A stretch of 64,000 nucleotides of DNA from Anaerohalosphaeraceae bacterium (GCA_050309605.1 JBNRMN010000033.1:96001-160000); one strand, 5' to 3'. Numbered from the stretch's first letter, positions 29,311 to 40,207 are shown. A program made the numbers and translations. Notes: a model not told the origin generated them from the letters alone.

Positions 29311-32277
29311 ATGAGATTTTCTGAACCGTATGCACCGGCACGTAAAGGCTTTGTTGTTTGCGTGTTTGTCCTGCTTCTGTTGTCAATCCCTTTGCACGCC
29401 GCCGGTGTGATGCTCGGCGACTTTGAAGGCAGTATGGACGGCTGGACGGCAGGCAGCGGCGTTACCACGGACTTTTCGACTCAAGGCGTTACGCATGGCG
29501 CCGGTTCTCTCCAGGTGACGTTTTCGAGCGGCTGGAGGAGTCTCATGACCAAAAGCATGGTCTCGCAATTGAGCGTGCTGCAAACCATGACCTCGGTCAG
29601 TATGGATGTAACGACGCGAAATGACGGAGGGCAAATCCCCGGCTGGCTGGATTTCCTGTTCATTATCAACAGCGGCTCAACCGGCTGGCAGCAATTTGAC
29701 CTGGCCTATCCCGGGGTGCCTGTAAATCCGAGAACAGATACCCTGACAGTAACAATCCCCCAGAGCATTCGAGATGCTTTTCAGAACGGCACCGGAGGTT
29801 ATGCAGACTTTATTCTGATCGCCAATTCCGGCAGCGGCGGCACCGCCTGGTTTGACAATATCACCGCGACACTTCCCGGATCAGACAATGTGACGATCCA
29901 GGTCAACGCCGAGGCGCCGATTCGGACTATTCCGATGACGATGTACGGGGCGAATTTACAGGCATGGGACGGCGCCCAGGCCGGAACCAACTCGGCGTAT
30001 AACAATTTGCAGAAAGCCACCGGCCGCAAGTATTTTCGTATGCCCGGCGGCTCGTGGGCCAATGGCCATCTCTGGAGCGACATCAAAGAGATCCACAGCC
30101 CCTACGGATCGGCGACATGGAAGGTCGGTTACAGCGAAACGCTCAATCTTATGAGTGCCCTCAGTCGGCCGGGCGAAACCATTCCTCCGACAATACAGCC
30201 CATCGTCAATTTCCCCGGGGGCTGGTACGGCTATACGGACGCCAACGACAACTATGTTACCATTCTGCACGGCCATCAGGCCGCCGTCGATGCGGCGGTT
30301 GCCTGGGTTCAGGATCAAACGGCCAGACCCGTCTGTGCGGAATACTGGGAAATCGGCAACGAAATCGGCGGACCGTGGGAAGTCGGGTGGTTTGAAGGCA
30401 TCAGCGGAACGTATTACGGTGACAAGTTTGCCGATTTCTACCTGGCGATGAAAGCAGTCAATCCGAATATCAAGATCGGCGCCGTTGCCGAACCGAAACA
30501 CGAGCTTCAGCCCTGGGGGTGGTACGAGGGGTACTGGACCTATGATACTCTTTCAGCGTCCGCGGCGAAAAATGTGATTCCTGATTTTCTGATTATTCAT
30601 GCGTATCCCGGTACCGGCCAACCGGCGTCGTACAATCCAACGCTTTTAAGCTCGGATATCAACGATATCGGGAATTTTACCGCAAATCTGGATTCCATTG
30701 TCGCCAACGCGCTCGGGCAGCAATATGTCGGTCAGGTTCGGTATGCCATGACCGAATGGGATGCCGGAGGGCACACCAACTATAGTCGCGTAACCTGTTA
30801 TGTCAATGCGCTGTTTCATGCTCAATATATCCTGGAGATGGCCAGGCATCACTGGGATGTGTCCAACCCCTGGATTCCGGAGTACGGCAGTAATTTCAGG
30901 GTCTATCCGGTATGGTATGTCAATCCGCTGCTGGTTCATTATTTCGGGCGGGACATGGTGCAGGCGTCCAGTTCCGATTCGCCTCTGGTTCGTGCGTATG
31001 CCGCGAAGGATACCGAAGGGAATCTGACCGTCTTCATTGCGAATAATTCTCCAACGTCAAGTATAACCGCCGATGTTAATATTTCGGGTTTTACGGCGGG
31101 CAGCGGCGGGCAGCGTTGGCTCCTGGAACCGGCCGGTTCGATGATCGCCGGCGGGGTCAATATCCAGGACAAGGATGACATCAGCATCAACGGTGTGGTC
31201 CGTCCGGACCCGCTGACGGCCCCGTCTCTGCCGTCTCAGCCGTTTGCCGCCGGCAATCAGTTCAGTGTAACGCTTCCGGCAAGCGGTATGCTGCTGCTGA
31301 AAGTCCCCGCTGCTACGGGCGACACCACGCCGCCGGCGCCGCCGACTGGTCTTGCGGCAACGCTCAGCGTCATCGATACGCATGTGGACTGGGACGACAA
31401 TACGGAATCGGATCTGGCCGGCTATAATGTTTATCGTTCTGAAACATCCGGCGCCGGCTACTTGAAGCTCAACGGCACATTACTCATTGAATCTGAATAT
31501 GCTGATAACAGCACGGCCGATGGACAGACTTATTATTATGTCATCAAGGCGGTGGATACGTCCTGGAATGAATCGGGCGCTTCCGGTGAGTTGGCCGTCA
31601 CAATCCCCAGGACAGCGATTGGTTTGATCCTCCGCGAATGGTGGACCGGCATCAGCGGCGCCGCGGTCAGCCAGTTAACCTCCAACATACACTATCCGAA
31701 CAATCCTTCGGGACGACAGCTTATCACGAGTCTCGAAGGCCCGGTCAATTGGGCCGAAAACTACGGAACGCGCATCCGCGGCTATCTCTATCCGCCGACA
31801 ACCGGCAGTTATACCTTCTGGATCGCCGGCGATGATAACAGCCAGTTGTGGCTCAGCACGGATGGCTCACCTGCTCATAGATCTCTCATCGCACAGGTCA
31901 CCGGCTGGACGGATTCCCGCGAGTGGAACAAGTTTTCCTCACAGCGGTCCTCTCCGCGCATCCTGACGGCCGGGCAAAAATATTACATCGAAGTGCTGCA
32001 CAAAGAACACACAGGCGGCGACAACATCGCCGTCGCCTGGGAAGGCCCCGGCATCGCACAGGAGGTGATTCCCGGCAGGTATCTGTCCCCCTGGTTCATC
32101 GGCCTTTACGGCGACTTTGATGACAGCAGCACAGTGTCGATTGACGATCTGGCCGAATTTGCAGGCATGTGGCTCGATGAGGACTGTGCCCGGACGTCCC
32201 GAATGGATCTGAATGGCGACTGTGCCGTGAACTTTTATGAGTTTTCACGATTTGCAGAAAACTGGTTGCATCAATGA
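29311..32277 (+). CDS. Secreted clan GH-A glycoside hydrolase (GH51/GH44/GH79-like) with CBM-like, FN3, PA14 and dockerin-like domains
   Basis: RMPGGS, VNF, YWEIGNE, IHAY, MTEW; FN3 (W.DN.E.DLAGYNVYRS); PA14 (NYGTRIRGYL.PP.TGSYTFWIAGDD); two EF-hand-like D.D repeats ending in WL. Confidence 0.85.
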   Translation: MRFSEPYAPARKGFVVCVFVLLLLSIPLHAAGVMLGDFEGSMDGWTAGSGVTTDFSTQGVTHGAGSLQVTFSSGWRSLMTKSMVSQLSVLQTMTSVSMDVTTRNDGGQIPGWLDFLFIINSGSTGWQQFDLAYPGVPVNPRTDTLTVTIPQSIRDAFQNGTGGYADFILIANSGSGGTAWFDNITATLPGSDNVTIQVNAEAPIRTIPMTMYGANLQAWDGAQAGTNSAYNNLQKATGRKYFRMPGGSWANGHLWSDIKEIHSPYGSATWKVGYSETLNLMSALSRPGETIPPTIQPIVNFPGGWYGYTDANDNYVTILHGHQAAVDAAVAWVQDQTARPVCAEYWEIGNEIGGPWEVGWFEGISGTYYGDKFADFYLAMKAVNPNIKIGAVAEPKHELQPWGWYEGYWTYDTLSASAAKNVIPDFLIIHAYPGTGQPASYNPTLLSSDINDIGNFTANLDSIVANALGQQYVGQVRYAMTEWDAGGHTNYSRVTCYVNALFHAQYILEMARHHWDVSNPWIPEYGSNFRVYPVWYVNPLLVHYFGRDMVQASSSDSPLVRAYAAKDTEGNLTVFIANNSPTSSITADVNISGFTAGSGGQRWLLEPAGSMIAGGVNIQDKDDISINGVVRPDPLTAPSLPSQPFAAGNQFSVTLPASGMLLLKVPAATGDTTPPAPPTGLAATLSVIDTHVDWDDNTESDLAGYNVYRSETSGAGYLKLNGTLLIESEYADNSTADGQTYYYVIKAVDTSWNESGASGELAVTIPRTAIGLILREWWTGISGAAVSQLTSNIHYPNNPSGRQLITSLEGPVNWAENYGTRIRGYLYPPTTGSYTFWIAGDDNSQLWLSTDGSPAHRSLIAQVTGWTDSREWNKFSSQRSSPRILTAGQKYYIEVLHKEHTGGDNIAVAWEGPGIAQEVIPGRYLSPWFIGLYGDFDDSSTVSIDDLAEFAGMWLDEDCARTSRMDLNGDCAVNFYEFSRFAENWLHQ

Positions 32278-32506
32278 GCCGGCAAATACATCCTCTTGGA
32301 CCGAACACGAAGCAGAAGATAATTCCACTATCATGTTCACGGATTTCAAGCGTACATACACAACTGAAATCAACGAGAATGTCTCTGTTGTCTTAGAAAA
32401 TTGATTGAAAAATCGTGCGGTTATGGTACTGTTTGCCGCAAACGGCATTCGCTGTGTTCCCGGCTTCGGGACTTCCGGACAATTACGGATAATAAGGAAT
32501 CTTGAC

Positions 32507-34354
32507 ATGGAACAGTCGGTAAAGTTGTATGCTCGCAGGTTGGTCTTACTGTGCGTTCTGTCGGTGTTGTGCTCAGGGTGCCGGTCCGGCAGCGTCCCCT
32601 CCAAACCGTTGACGGCCTATGATGCGCAGGCCAAAGCCCTGCTGGCCCGGATGACGCTGGACGAAAAAATCGGCCAGATGATTCAGGCTGAAAGCGACGG
32701 TTTGGTCGATCCGGCGGATGTGCAAACCTATTATCTCGGCTCGATTCTCAGCGGGGGCAACGCCGATCCGAAGGAAGGCAACAGCCTTCAGGCGTGGACG
32801 GATATGTACGACAGCTTTCAGGCCCGAGCGATGTCAACCCGACTGGCAATTCCTATCTTATACGGCATCGATGCGGTGCACGGCCATAACAACGTCCTCG
32901 GCGCGGTAATTTTCCCCCACAACATCGGCCTGGGCTGTACCCGGGATGCAAAACTGGTTGAGGAAATTGCGCGTATTACCGCCAAAGAAGTCCGTGCGAC
33001 GGGCATTCAATGGACGTTTGCTCCCTGCATCACTGTTCCGCGGGACGAGCGATGGGGCCGCACGTACGAAGGATTTTCGGAAGACCCGACGCTGGTATCG
33101 CTTCTTGGTGCGGCGTCCGTTCGCGGGTTTCAGGGGACGGACCTGAGCGATCCGCTGGCGCTGCTGGCATGCGCCAAACATTACGTCGGCGACGGCGGCA
33201 CATTGCCGGGAACCGGCGACAAAGGAGGCTGGGATCAGGGCGATACCCGGCTGGACGAAGCCGAACTGCGACGGATTCATTTGGCGCCGTATATTCCTGC
33301 GATTAAGGCAGGCGTCGGCTCCATCATGCCCTCGTACAGCAGTTGGAACGGCGTAAAATCCTCCGGGAGCAAATACCTCCTGACCACGGTACTCAAGGAA
33401 GAACTGGGATTCGATGGTTTTCTGATCTCCGACTATAACGCGATTAAACAGGTTCATCCGGACTTCAAAACCGCCATCGGGATATCGATCAACGCCGGAA
33501 TGGATATGGCGATGGAACCGACGCAGTATCGTACCTTCTTTAGGCACTTAAAGGCGCTGGTCGAAGAAGGGACTGTTTCCATGTTGCGAATCGACGACGC
33601 CGTAACTCGGATTCTCCGGGTCAAATTCGCAATGGGGCTGATGGACCCAGACCGGCCGCAACTGGCCGACAGGAGCCTGCACGCATCCTTCGGCTCGGAC
33701 GAACACCGACAAGTCGCGCGCCGGGCGGTACGCAAATCGCTGGTGCTGCTCAAAAACGACCGCAGCACACTGCCGCTGTCAAAAACCGCCCGGAGGATAC
33801 ATCTGGCCGGCAAGAGCGCCGATGACATCGGCAATCAATGCGGCGGCTGGACGATTGCCTGGCAGGGCAAGAGCGGCACAGTCACCCCGGGCGGCACGAC
33901 CATCCTGCAGGCCGTCAGGAATACCGTCTCAAAAGATACACAAGTAACGTTCAGCGAAGACGGCTCCGGCGTCGCGGGGGCCAACGCCGCCGTGGTGGTC
34001 ATCGGTGAGAAACCGTACGCGGAAATGGACGGCGACACCGGCGATTTGTCGTTGTCAGAAAAAGACCGTGAGGTGATCCGCACGGTTCGACAGGCGGGGA
34101 TTCCTACGGTGGTCATTCTGATCTCAGGACGCCCGATGATACTGGGCGATGCGCTGGAGCAGGCCGATGCCTTTATCGCCGCCTGGCTGCCGGGGACAGA
34201 AGGGCAAGGGATTGCCGACATCCTCTTCGGCGACGATAAGCCGACCGGCAAGCTCTCGTTTACCTGGCCGCGTTCCAATTCGCAAATTCCCATCAACGTC
34301 GGCGACGCGGACTATGACCCGCTGTTTCCTTTTGGATTCGGTCTGACATATTGA
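32507..34354 (+). CDS. GH3 beta-glucosidase / beta-glucan exohydrolase, probable lipoprotein
   Basis: [52 protein letters not shown]; lipobox-like LCSGC; AAGGA RBS. Confidence 0.93.
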   Translation: MEQSVKLYARRLVLLCVLSVLCSGCRSGSVPSKPLTAYDAQAKALLARMTLDEKIGQMIQAESDGLVDPADVQTYYLGSILSGGNADPKEGNSLQAWTDMYDSFQARAMSTRLAIPILYGIDAVHGHNNVLGAVIFPHNIGLGCTRDAKLVEEIARITAKEVRATGIQWTFAPCITVPRDERWGRTYEGFSEDPTLVSLLGAASVRGFQGTDLSDPLALLACAKHYVGDGGTLPGTGDKGGWDQGDTRLDEAELRRIHLAPYIPAIKAGVGSIMPSYSSWNGVKSSGSKYLLTTVLKEELGFDGFLISDYNAIKQVHPDFKTAIGISINAGMDMAMEPTQYRTFFRHLKALVEEGTVSMLRIDDAVTRILRVKFAMGLMDPDRPQLADRSLHASFGSDEHRQVARRAVRKSLVLLKNDRSTLPLSKTARRIHLAGKSADDIGNQCGGWTIAWQGKSGTVTPGGTTILQAVRNTVSKDTQVTFSEDGSGVAGANAAVVVIGEKPYAEMDGDTGDLSLSEKDREVIRTVRQAGIPTVVILISGRPMILGDALEQADAFIAAWLPGTEGQGIADILFGDDKPTGKLSFTWPRSNSQIPINVGDADYDPLFPFGFGLTY

Positions 34355-34425
34355 ACGCTTCAAAGTGACCACCGGTCAGGCCAATGAAGGCAAACAGCCG
34401 GCGGATCAGTTGGGACGCTCACCCC

Positions 34426-34443
34426 CCCCACTGTCCCTATTTA
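34426..34443 (+). repeat. 18-bp copy of the IS-flanking repeat
   Basis: CCCCACTGTCCCTATTTA, identical to 23611-23628. Confidence 0.8.
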
Positions 34444-34449
34444 AGAGTG

Positions 34450-35400
34450 TCAATAATCGATGGTGTCTCGGTCCAGGCCGATGTCGGCAGCGACGGCCGA
34501 GTGGGTGATCGCGCCGATGGCGATGCGGTCCACGCCGCAACTGGCGACGGTCAGGACGTTGTTGAGCGTAATGCCGCCGCTGGCTTCGAGCAGGGGGCGC
34601 TTGCCGCACATCTCATTGCGCATCTCGACGGCGTGCTTGAGCTGCCACTGGCCCATATTGTCCAGCAAAATCACATCGATGCCCGGAATCTTGAGCACGC
34701 GATCCAACTGGTTGTCCACGTGATCGACCTCAACAACGACCCAATTGACGCCGTGCTGTTCGCGGGCTTCTTTGATCATCCGCGACAGTCGCGGCACAAA
34801 GCGCCGCCCCAGCTCGGCGATATGGTTGTCCTTGAACATCACCGCCTCGCCCAGATTCATCCGATGGTTGTAGCCGCCGCCGCAGCGGACGGCGTATTTT
34901 TCCAGCTCGCGCCAGCCGGGGATGGTCTTGCGTGTGTCGTATATTTTCGCCCTGGTGCCGCGGGTGGCGCTGACAAATTTCCATGTCATCGTGCTGATGC
35001 CGCACAGCCGCTGCAGAAAATTCAGCACGACCCGCTCGGCGCTGAGCATGGGGCGCAGCGGCCCTTCAATCACCCCCAGCCGCTGGGCGACGCTGGCGCG
35101 GCAGCCGTCTTCAACAAAGGGCTTGAGCGTGAGCCTTGGATCGTAGCGTTTGAAAATTTCAGCGGCGATCTCCATCCCGCAGACGACGATTTCTTCGCGC
35201 GACACCAGCGACGCCCTGGCGAATTCGTTGGCGCCGACGGTGATCTCGCTGGTCGGGTCGCCTTTGCCGAAATCTTCACGGATCGCCAGCTCGATCAGCG
35301 GCGTGACGTGTTTCATATCCGGTTTTTTGAGCCGTCCGGTATAGACAGCATCAAGTCGTTTTGTTTTTTTTCTTGCCGTTTTCTTTCGGGTCTTTTTCAT
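34450..35400 (-). CDS. nadC: Nicotinate-nucleotide diphosphorylase (carboxylating), QAPRTase
   Basis: ED...[53 protein letters not shown]. Confidence 0.96.
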   Translation of the reverse strand: MKKTRKKTARKKTKRLDAVYTGRLKKPDMKHVTPLIELAIREDFGKGDPTSEITVGANEFARASLVSREEIVVCGMEIAAEIFKRYDPRLTLKPFVEDGCRASVAQRLGVIEGPLRPMLSAERVVLNFLQRLCGISTMTWKFVSATRGTRAKIYDTRKTIPGWRELEKYAVRCGGGYNHRMNLGEAVMFKDNHIAELGRRFVPRLSRMIKEAREQHGVNWVVVEVDHVDNQLDRVLKIPGIDVILLDNMGQWQLKHAVEMRNEMCGKRPLLEASGGITLNNVLTVASCGVDRIAIGAITHSAVAADIGLDRDTIDY

Positions 35401-37454
35401 TGCGGTCTGCTTTTTCGGTTTTTGCCGCGGCGGTCGCTTGCGGCGTTTGCCGTGTTGTTCTTGTTTTGGGCGTTTTCCAGTTGCGGCATTGCCTTCAGTT
35501 CGGCCAGCCGGTCGCGCAGCGCCGCGGCCTTTTCAAACTCCAATGCCTCGGCCGCGGCCAGCATCGCCTTTTCCAGCTCGGCCATCAGTTCCGTGCGGTC
35601 AAATTCCGTCTCGTCCAACTGAATCGCTTCCTGAGCACGTTTGCGGGCTTTGAAGGTATCGGACAGACCCCGCTGAATCTCCTTGCGGACAGTTTGCGGG
35701 GTGATGCCGTGCCGGGCGTTATACGCCAATTGAATTGTACGCCGTCGATTCGTTTCGTCAATGGTATTTTTGATGGCCTCTGTCATTCGGTCGGCGTACA
35801 GAATCACCTTGGCGTTGACATTGCGAGCGGTCCGCCCGATGGTCTGAATCAGCGACGTTTCGCTTCGCAAAAAGCCCTCCTTGTCGGCGTCCAGGATCGC
35901 CACCAGCGACACTTCCGGCAAATCCAGCCCCTCGCGCAGCAGGTTAATGCCCACCAGCACGTCAAACTCCCCCTCGCGAAGATTCCGGAGGATATCGACC
36001 CGCTGAAGCGTCTCGATTTCGCTGTGCAGATAACGGCAGCGAATGCCTTTGCTCGTCAGGTAGCCGGACAAATCCTCGGCCAGCCGCTTGGTCAGCGTGG
36101 TCACCAGCACCCGCTCGCCGGCGGCAATACGCTGCTGGATTTCGTCCATCAGGTGCGGAATCTGCTCGGAGGCCGGGTGCACGAAGATTTCCGGATCGAC
36201 CAGGCCGGTTGGGCGGATAATCTGCTCAACGACCTCGCCGTCGCACAAGTCCAGTTCGAACGGGCCGGGTGTGGCCGAGACAAAGATGACTTGTTTCCAG
36301 CGCTGCTGAAATTCTTCAAACCGCAGCGGGCGGTTATCCAGTGCACTGGGCAAGCGAAAGCCGTGTTCGACCAGCACTTCCTTACGCCGCCGGTCGCCGG
36401 CCCACATCGCCCGAAGCTGCGGAATTGTCACATGCGATTCATCGATAAACAGCAAAAAATCATCGGGAAAGTAGTCAATCAGCGTAAACGGCCGCGCGCC
36501 GGGCTTGAGGCCGGCCATATGGCGGGCGTAGTTTTCAATCCCGCTGCAATAGCCCACTTCGCGAATCATCTCCAGATCGTACCGCGTGCGGGCCTCCAGC
36601 CGCTGGGCCTCGAGCAGCTTGCCTTCGTGGCGAAGCTGAAGCAGCCTTTCTTCCAGTTCCTGTTCGATGCCCGTACAGGCCGATTCGATGCGATCGGCCG
36701 GCAGGATGTAATGTTTGGCCGGATAGATGAAGACCTGTTCTTCTTCGGCCAGCACCTCACCGCTGACCGGATGGATGTAGGCGATGGCCTCGATCTCGTC
36801 GCCGAAGAACGAAAACCGCACGGCAAAACTCTCATAGGACGGCCACAGCTCCACCACATCACCCCGCACGCGAAATGTGCCGCGGGCAAAGTCGATGTCG
36901 TTGCGGTCGTACTGCAGGTCGGCAAATCGCCCCAGCAGTTCGTTGCGATCCGTCTGGTCGCCCACGCGCACGCCGATGACGCTGGCCTCATAGTCTTCCG
37001 GACTGCCCAGCCCGAAGATGCACGACACGCTGGCCACGACCACCGCATCGCGTCGGCTCAGCAGGCTGGTCGTGGTCGAAAGCCGCAGCCGATCCAGCTC
37101 GTCGTTGCGCGAGGCGTCTTTTTCGATGTAGATGTCCCGCTGGGGGATGTATGCTTCGGGCTGGTAGTAGTCGTAGTAGCTGACAAAATATTCGACGGCG
37201 TTTTGTGGAAACAATTCGCGAAATTCCTCGAAAAGCTGGGCCGCCAGTGTCTTGTTGTGCGAGATGACCAGTGCGGGCTTGCCCACCCGCGCAATGACAT
37301 TGGCCATCGTAAACGTCTTGCCGCTGCCGGTGACCCCCAGCAGCGTCTGATACCGCCTGCCATGCACAACGCCCGATGTCAGCTTCTCTATCGCCGCCGG
37401 CTGATCGCCCCGCGGCTGGAACGCACTGTGTATTGTAAACTCGGATTTGCCCAT
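35397..37454 (-). CDS. uvrB: Excinuclease ABC subunit B
   Basis: [58 protein letters not shown]-terminal UVR domain. Start at ATG 37454. Confidence 0.98.
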   Translation of the reverse strand: MGKSEFTIHSAFQPRGDQPAAIEKLTSGVVHGRRYQTLLGVTGSGKTFTMANVIARVGKPALVISHNKTLAAQLFEEFRELFPQNAVEYFVSYYDYYQPEAYIPQRDIYIEKDASRNDELDRLRLSTTTSLLSRRDAVVVASVSCIFGLGSPEDYEASVIGVRVGDQTDRNELLGRFADLQYDRNDIDFARGTFRVRGDVVELWPSYESFAVRFSFFGDEIEAIAYIHPVSGEVLAEEEQVFIYPAKHYILPADRIESACTGIEQELEERLLQLRHEGKLLEAQRLEARTRYDLEMIREVGYCSGIENYARHMAGLKPGARPFTLIDYFPDDFLLFIDESHVTIPQLRAMWAGDRRRKEVLVEHGFRLPSALDNRPLRFEEFQQRWKQVIFVSATPGPFELDLCDGEVVEQIIRPTGLVDPEIFVHPASEQIPHLMDEIQQRIAAGERVLVTTLTKRLAEDLSGYLTSKGIRCRYLHSEIETLQRVDILRNLREGEFDVLVGINLLREGLDLPEVSLVAILDADKEGFLRSETSLIQTIGRTARNVNAKVILYADRMTEAIKNTIDETNRRRTIQLAYNARHGITPQTVRKEIQRGLSDTFKARKRAQEAIQLDETEFDRTELMAELEKAMLAAAEALEFEKAAALRDRLAELKAMPQLENAQNKNNTANAASDRRGKNRKSRPQ

Positions 37455-37463
37455 AAGCAACTT

Positions 37464-37492
37464 ATCATACCACGACTGGTCGCTGGTTTCAA
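37464..37492 (-). promoter_or_regulatory. Sigma70-type promoter for uvrB (near-leaderless transcript)
   Basis: TTGAAA-17 nt-TATGAT with extended TG; the -10 lies 9 nt before the ATG and there is no SD. Confidence 0.6.
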
Positions 37493-37548
37493 CTGGCAGC
37501 TTCAAAAGCCAGACGTACCGAGTCTTGTTTTTCGTGCAAAAAAACGGC

Positions 37549-37577
37549 TTTACGGTTGCGGCGTCGTCTGCTATACT
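37549..37577 (+). promoter_or_regulatory. Sigma70-type promoter for greA
   Basis: TTTACG-17 nt-TATACT with extended TG. Confidence 0.55.
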
Positions 37578-37617
37578 CCCGCGAAACAATAAAGCACGAC
37601 AATTCGGAGAGTTTCGA

Positions 37618-38100
37618 ATGCATGACATTATGCCGATTTCACAGACCGGTTATGACAAGCTGAAAGAAGAACTGAGCGAACTGGAAAAGGAGGCCGTCCA
37701 GGTGCGCCAGCGCGTCGCCGAGGCCCGCGAGCAGGGCGACTTGAAAGAAAACGGCGAATACATTTACGGCCGCCAGCAGCTCGGCTTTATCGAGGGGCGA
37801 CTGGCCGAGATCCGCGGCAAGCTCAACTTTTCCAAGGTGGTCGATTGCAGGCAGGTCTCCTGTGATCGGGCCGATTTCGGTACGACGGTTACGCTGCGCA
37901 ATCTGGACAATCAACAGACGGTGGTCTATCACCTGCTCGGGCCGTATGACGCTGATGTTGTTGACAACGGTATCTCCATCAAATCCCCCGTCGGCGAGTC
38001 GCTGCTCGGCCTGACCCCCGGCGAAAAAGTCGAAGTCAATGTTCCCCGCGGCCTGATTCAGTTTGAACTGCTTGACGTCAAAACAGCCGATTTTAGCTGA
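37618..38100 (+). CDS. greA: Transcription elongation factor GreA/GreB family
   Basis: GY.KL..EL, AR.QGDLKEN.EY, FG..V.L, IS..SP.G..LLG. Confidence 0.92.
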   Translation: MHDIMPISQTGYDKLKEELSELEKEAVQVRQRVAEAREQGDLKENGEYIYGRQQLGFIEGRLAEIRGKLNFSKVVDCRQVSCDRADFGTTVTLRNLDNQQTVVYHLLGPYDADVVDNGISIKSPVGESLLGLTPGEKVEVNVPRGLIQFELLDVKTADFS

Positions 38101-38235
38101 CCCGGCCGCCGGCGGGTCTCTTGCCGCGTGCCAAAGGGGTGTTGATTGTGGCCCCGATTGCCGTTACGCTGGCCGAACGCGATGATCATAACGGGCAAGT
38201 GAGTCATACAAGACAGGAAAGGGCAGTATCATAAA

Positions 38236-38973
38236 ATGAAAAGCACGGCAGTGATCATTTGTGCGGCCGGGGCGGGCACGCGGTTCGGCGGCGACCGAAA
38301 AAAGCCGTTTATCGAGGTCAGCGGGCGGGCGGCGTTTCTGCGGAGCGTCGAGTTTTTTTCCGACCGCGACGAGGTCAAACAGATTCTGCTGGCCATCAGC
38401 CCGGACGACGAAGAGCTGGTTACCGTCAAATGGGGGGCGATGCTCGGCTTTCACGGCGTCAAGCTGTGTTTCGGCGGCAGGGAACGCTTCGAGACCGTTG
38501 CCAATGCGCTCGAGAAAATCGGCGACGAGATCGAACTCATTGCCGTGCACGATGCGGTGCGGTGCTGTCTGACGAATGAGTGGGTGGACGCGGTGTTTGC
38601 CAAAGCCGCCGAGACGGGGGCGGCGATTCTGGCCTGTCCGGTGGTCGCAACGCTCAAACAAGTCCAAGACGGCAACATCGTCAAAACCGTCCGGCGCGAC
38701 AATCTCTACGAGGCCCAGACGCCGCAGGTGTTCGAGGCCGCACTGCTTCGACGGGCGTACGCCAATCTGAAGCACCTTGACCGCGCCGCGGTGACCGACG
38801 ATGCCCAGTTGGTTGAGGCACTGGGCCGGCCGGTGGCGATTGTCGAAACCGACCACTCCAACCTGAAGATCACTCGAAAAAACGATGTGCCCGTTGCCGA
38901 GGCCATCATCAAAAGCCGTCCCAAACCCAAACCCGACGGCCCTATCGGCCCCTATTTCGAGGCGCAGTGGTAA
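38236..38973 (+). CDS. ispD: 2-C-methyl-D-erythritol 4-phosphate cytidylyltransferase
   Basis: AAGAGTRF, GG.ER..TV.N.L, VHDAVR, AQTPQ.F, TDDA.LVE, N.KIT. Confidence 0.92.
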   Translation: MKSTAVIICAAGAGTRFGGDRKKPFIEVSGRAAFLRSVEFFSDRDEVKQILLAISPDDEELVTVKWGAMLGFHGVKLCFGGRERFETVANALEKIGDEIELIAVHDAVRCCLTNEWVDAVFAKAAETGAAILACPVVATLKQVQDGNIVKTVRRDNLYEAQTPQVFEAALLRRAYANLKHLDRAAVTDDAQLVEALGRPVAIVETDHSNLKITRKNDVPVAEAIIKSRPKPKPDGPIGPYFEAQW

Positions 38974-39043
38974 CCGGACGGCCGCATCAAATTTTGCGCC
39001 CAAATGTTGACAAAAATGATGGCCTCCCGGTCTGCGGCAAGGC

Positions 39044-40183
39044 CTAAAAACCGGCGCCTTCAGCCGGCTGAGCCTGAGGCTCTTTTTCTTCCGGTGCGTC
39101 CAGCTCTTGTTCAATCTCCGGCGTTGACTGAACCGGCTCAAGGCCAAGCAGACTGACCATTGCGTTCTGTTTGAATTGGAACATCACCGGCCTCATCCCG
39201 TCGGGAACTTTGAAGGCCACATCCACCCACAGCATCCGTTCCCGCATTCCCAGTGTATCGTCAGGCTCGATCACGTCGTCCAGCCCCTTTGCGACGAACT
39301 GCTTGCCTTCCGTCGGGCGATTCGGATTTCGGTATTGCAGCAATCCGGCCGGCAGGATCGCCTCGCCGACGCCCCGCAGATGATCCGCTTCGCCTGTCGG
39401 TTTACAGATCAGTCGAAGCTGAGCCATCCCGAATTTGATTTGGCCGGCGGCGTTGTTGGCGCCGCCGTCCGGGATGCTTTTGGAGACGATGCCGATCCGC
39501 ACGACCGTATAGTTTCCTTTTTCCGGAACGGACCAGAGGCGTATCGGCTTTTTGTCTCGGGGCGGCAGCGACAGACATTTGCGCGAGGCAATGGATTGCA
39601 CATCTTTCTGGATATAATATCGATTGAGGTGGATTTTGTTCAAAAAGTCAGTCTGTACCACGGCAAAACTGGTATCAGACGCCAGTGCACCCCGACTAAG
39701 CCAACTGAACAGCCCAGTAACAAAACCGTCGGCGTTCACGACCGGCAACTGGGGATTGGTCAGAATAATTTGCCGGTCGGCCGGAAATCGGCTGTAAATG
39801 ACTTTGTGCTGAACCGGCATTAACCCCATCGATACCAGAAGATTGCCCGCGATGATCACGCCGGTGATCAGTCCGCAGATCAGCGATGCGGCGACGCGCG
39901 CGTGTTTGCCCAGGTCGATGCTGCTTCCGACCAGCAAATCCGCCAACGCGCGAAACAGGGCCGAGCCGAGAATAAAGGCCAACACATAGCAGCCGGACAG
40001 CGCCCAATCCGCGCCATAGCCGCGCGAGATGAACAAATCCGCCATCGCTTCGTGATAGCTGAACGCAATCACGGTGGCAAAGATCGCCGCAACCAATGTG
40101 GAAAACGAGGTCATCAGCGAACACTTCAGATAAAAATGAATCACCGTCAGAACAATAATCAGCAGTATAATGGCCGTGGTCAT
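39044..40183 (-). CDS. Membrane protein with CvpA-like N-terminal TM bundle and a soluble C-terminal domain
   Basis: Four N-terminal hydrophobic helices (IAFSY.E.MA), co-oriented with the pilus-type ATPase genes. Confidence 0.65.
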   Translation of the reverse strand: MTTAIILLIIVLTVIHFYLKCSLMTSFSTLVAAIFATVIAFSYHEAMADLFISRGYGADWALSGCYVLAFILGSALFRALADLLVGSSIDLGKHARVAASLICGLITGVIIAGNLLVSMGLMPVQHKVIYSRFPADRQIILTNPQLPVVNADGFVTGLFSWLSRGALASDTSFAVVQTDFLNKIHLNRYYIQKDVQSIASRKCLSLPPRDKKPIRLWSVPEKGNYTVVRIGIVSKSIPDGGANNAAGQIKFGMAQLRLICKPTGEADHLRGVGEAILPAGLLQYRNPNRPTEGKQFVAKGLDDVIEPDDTLGMRERMLWVDVAFKVPDGMRPVMFQFKQNAMVSLLGLEPVQSTPEIEQELDAPEEKEPQAQPAEGAGF

Positions 40184-40207
40184 TGAACACCCCTTGAACC
40201 GTCAGGA

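Noticed and set aside
14741..32277. Cellulosome
   Set aside because: Dockerin-like tags are present, but there is no cohesin or scaffoldin in the window and several tags are single-repeat.
35361..37592. 743-aa ORF on + in the track
   Set aside because: Antisense shadow of uvrB with no recognisable motifs. The same applies to 14978-16807, 47886-49286, 57499-58836, 61523-63130, 34384-35622 and 205-999.
37455..37628. N-terminal extensions of UvrB and GreA given in the ORF track
   Set aside because: They overlap each other and the divergent promoters; family resemblance starts at 37454 and 37618.
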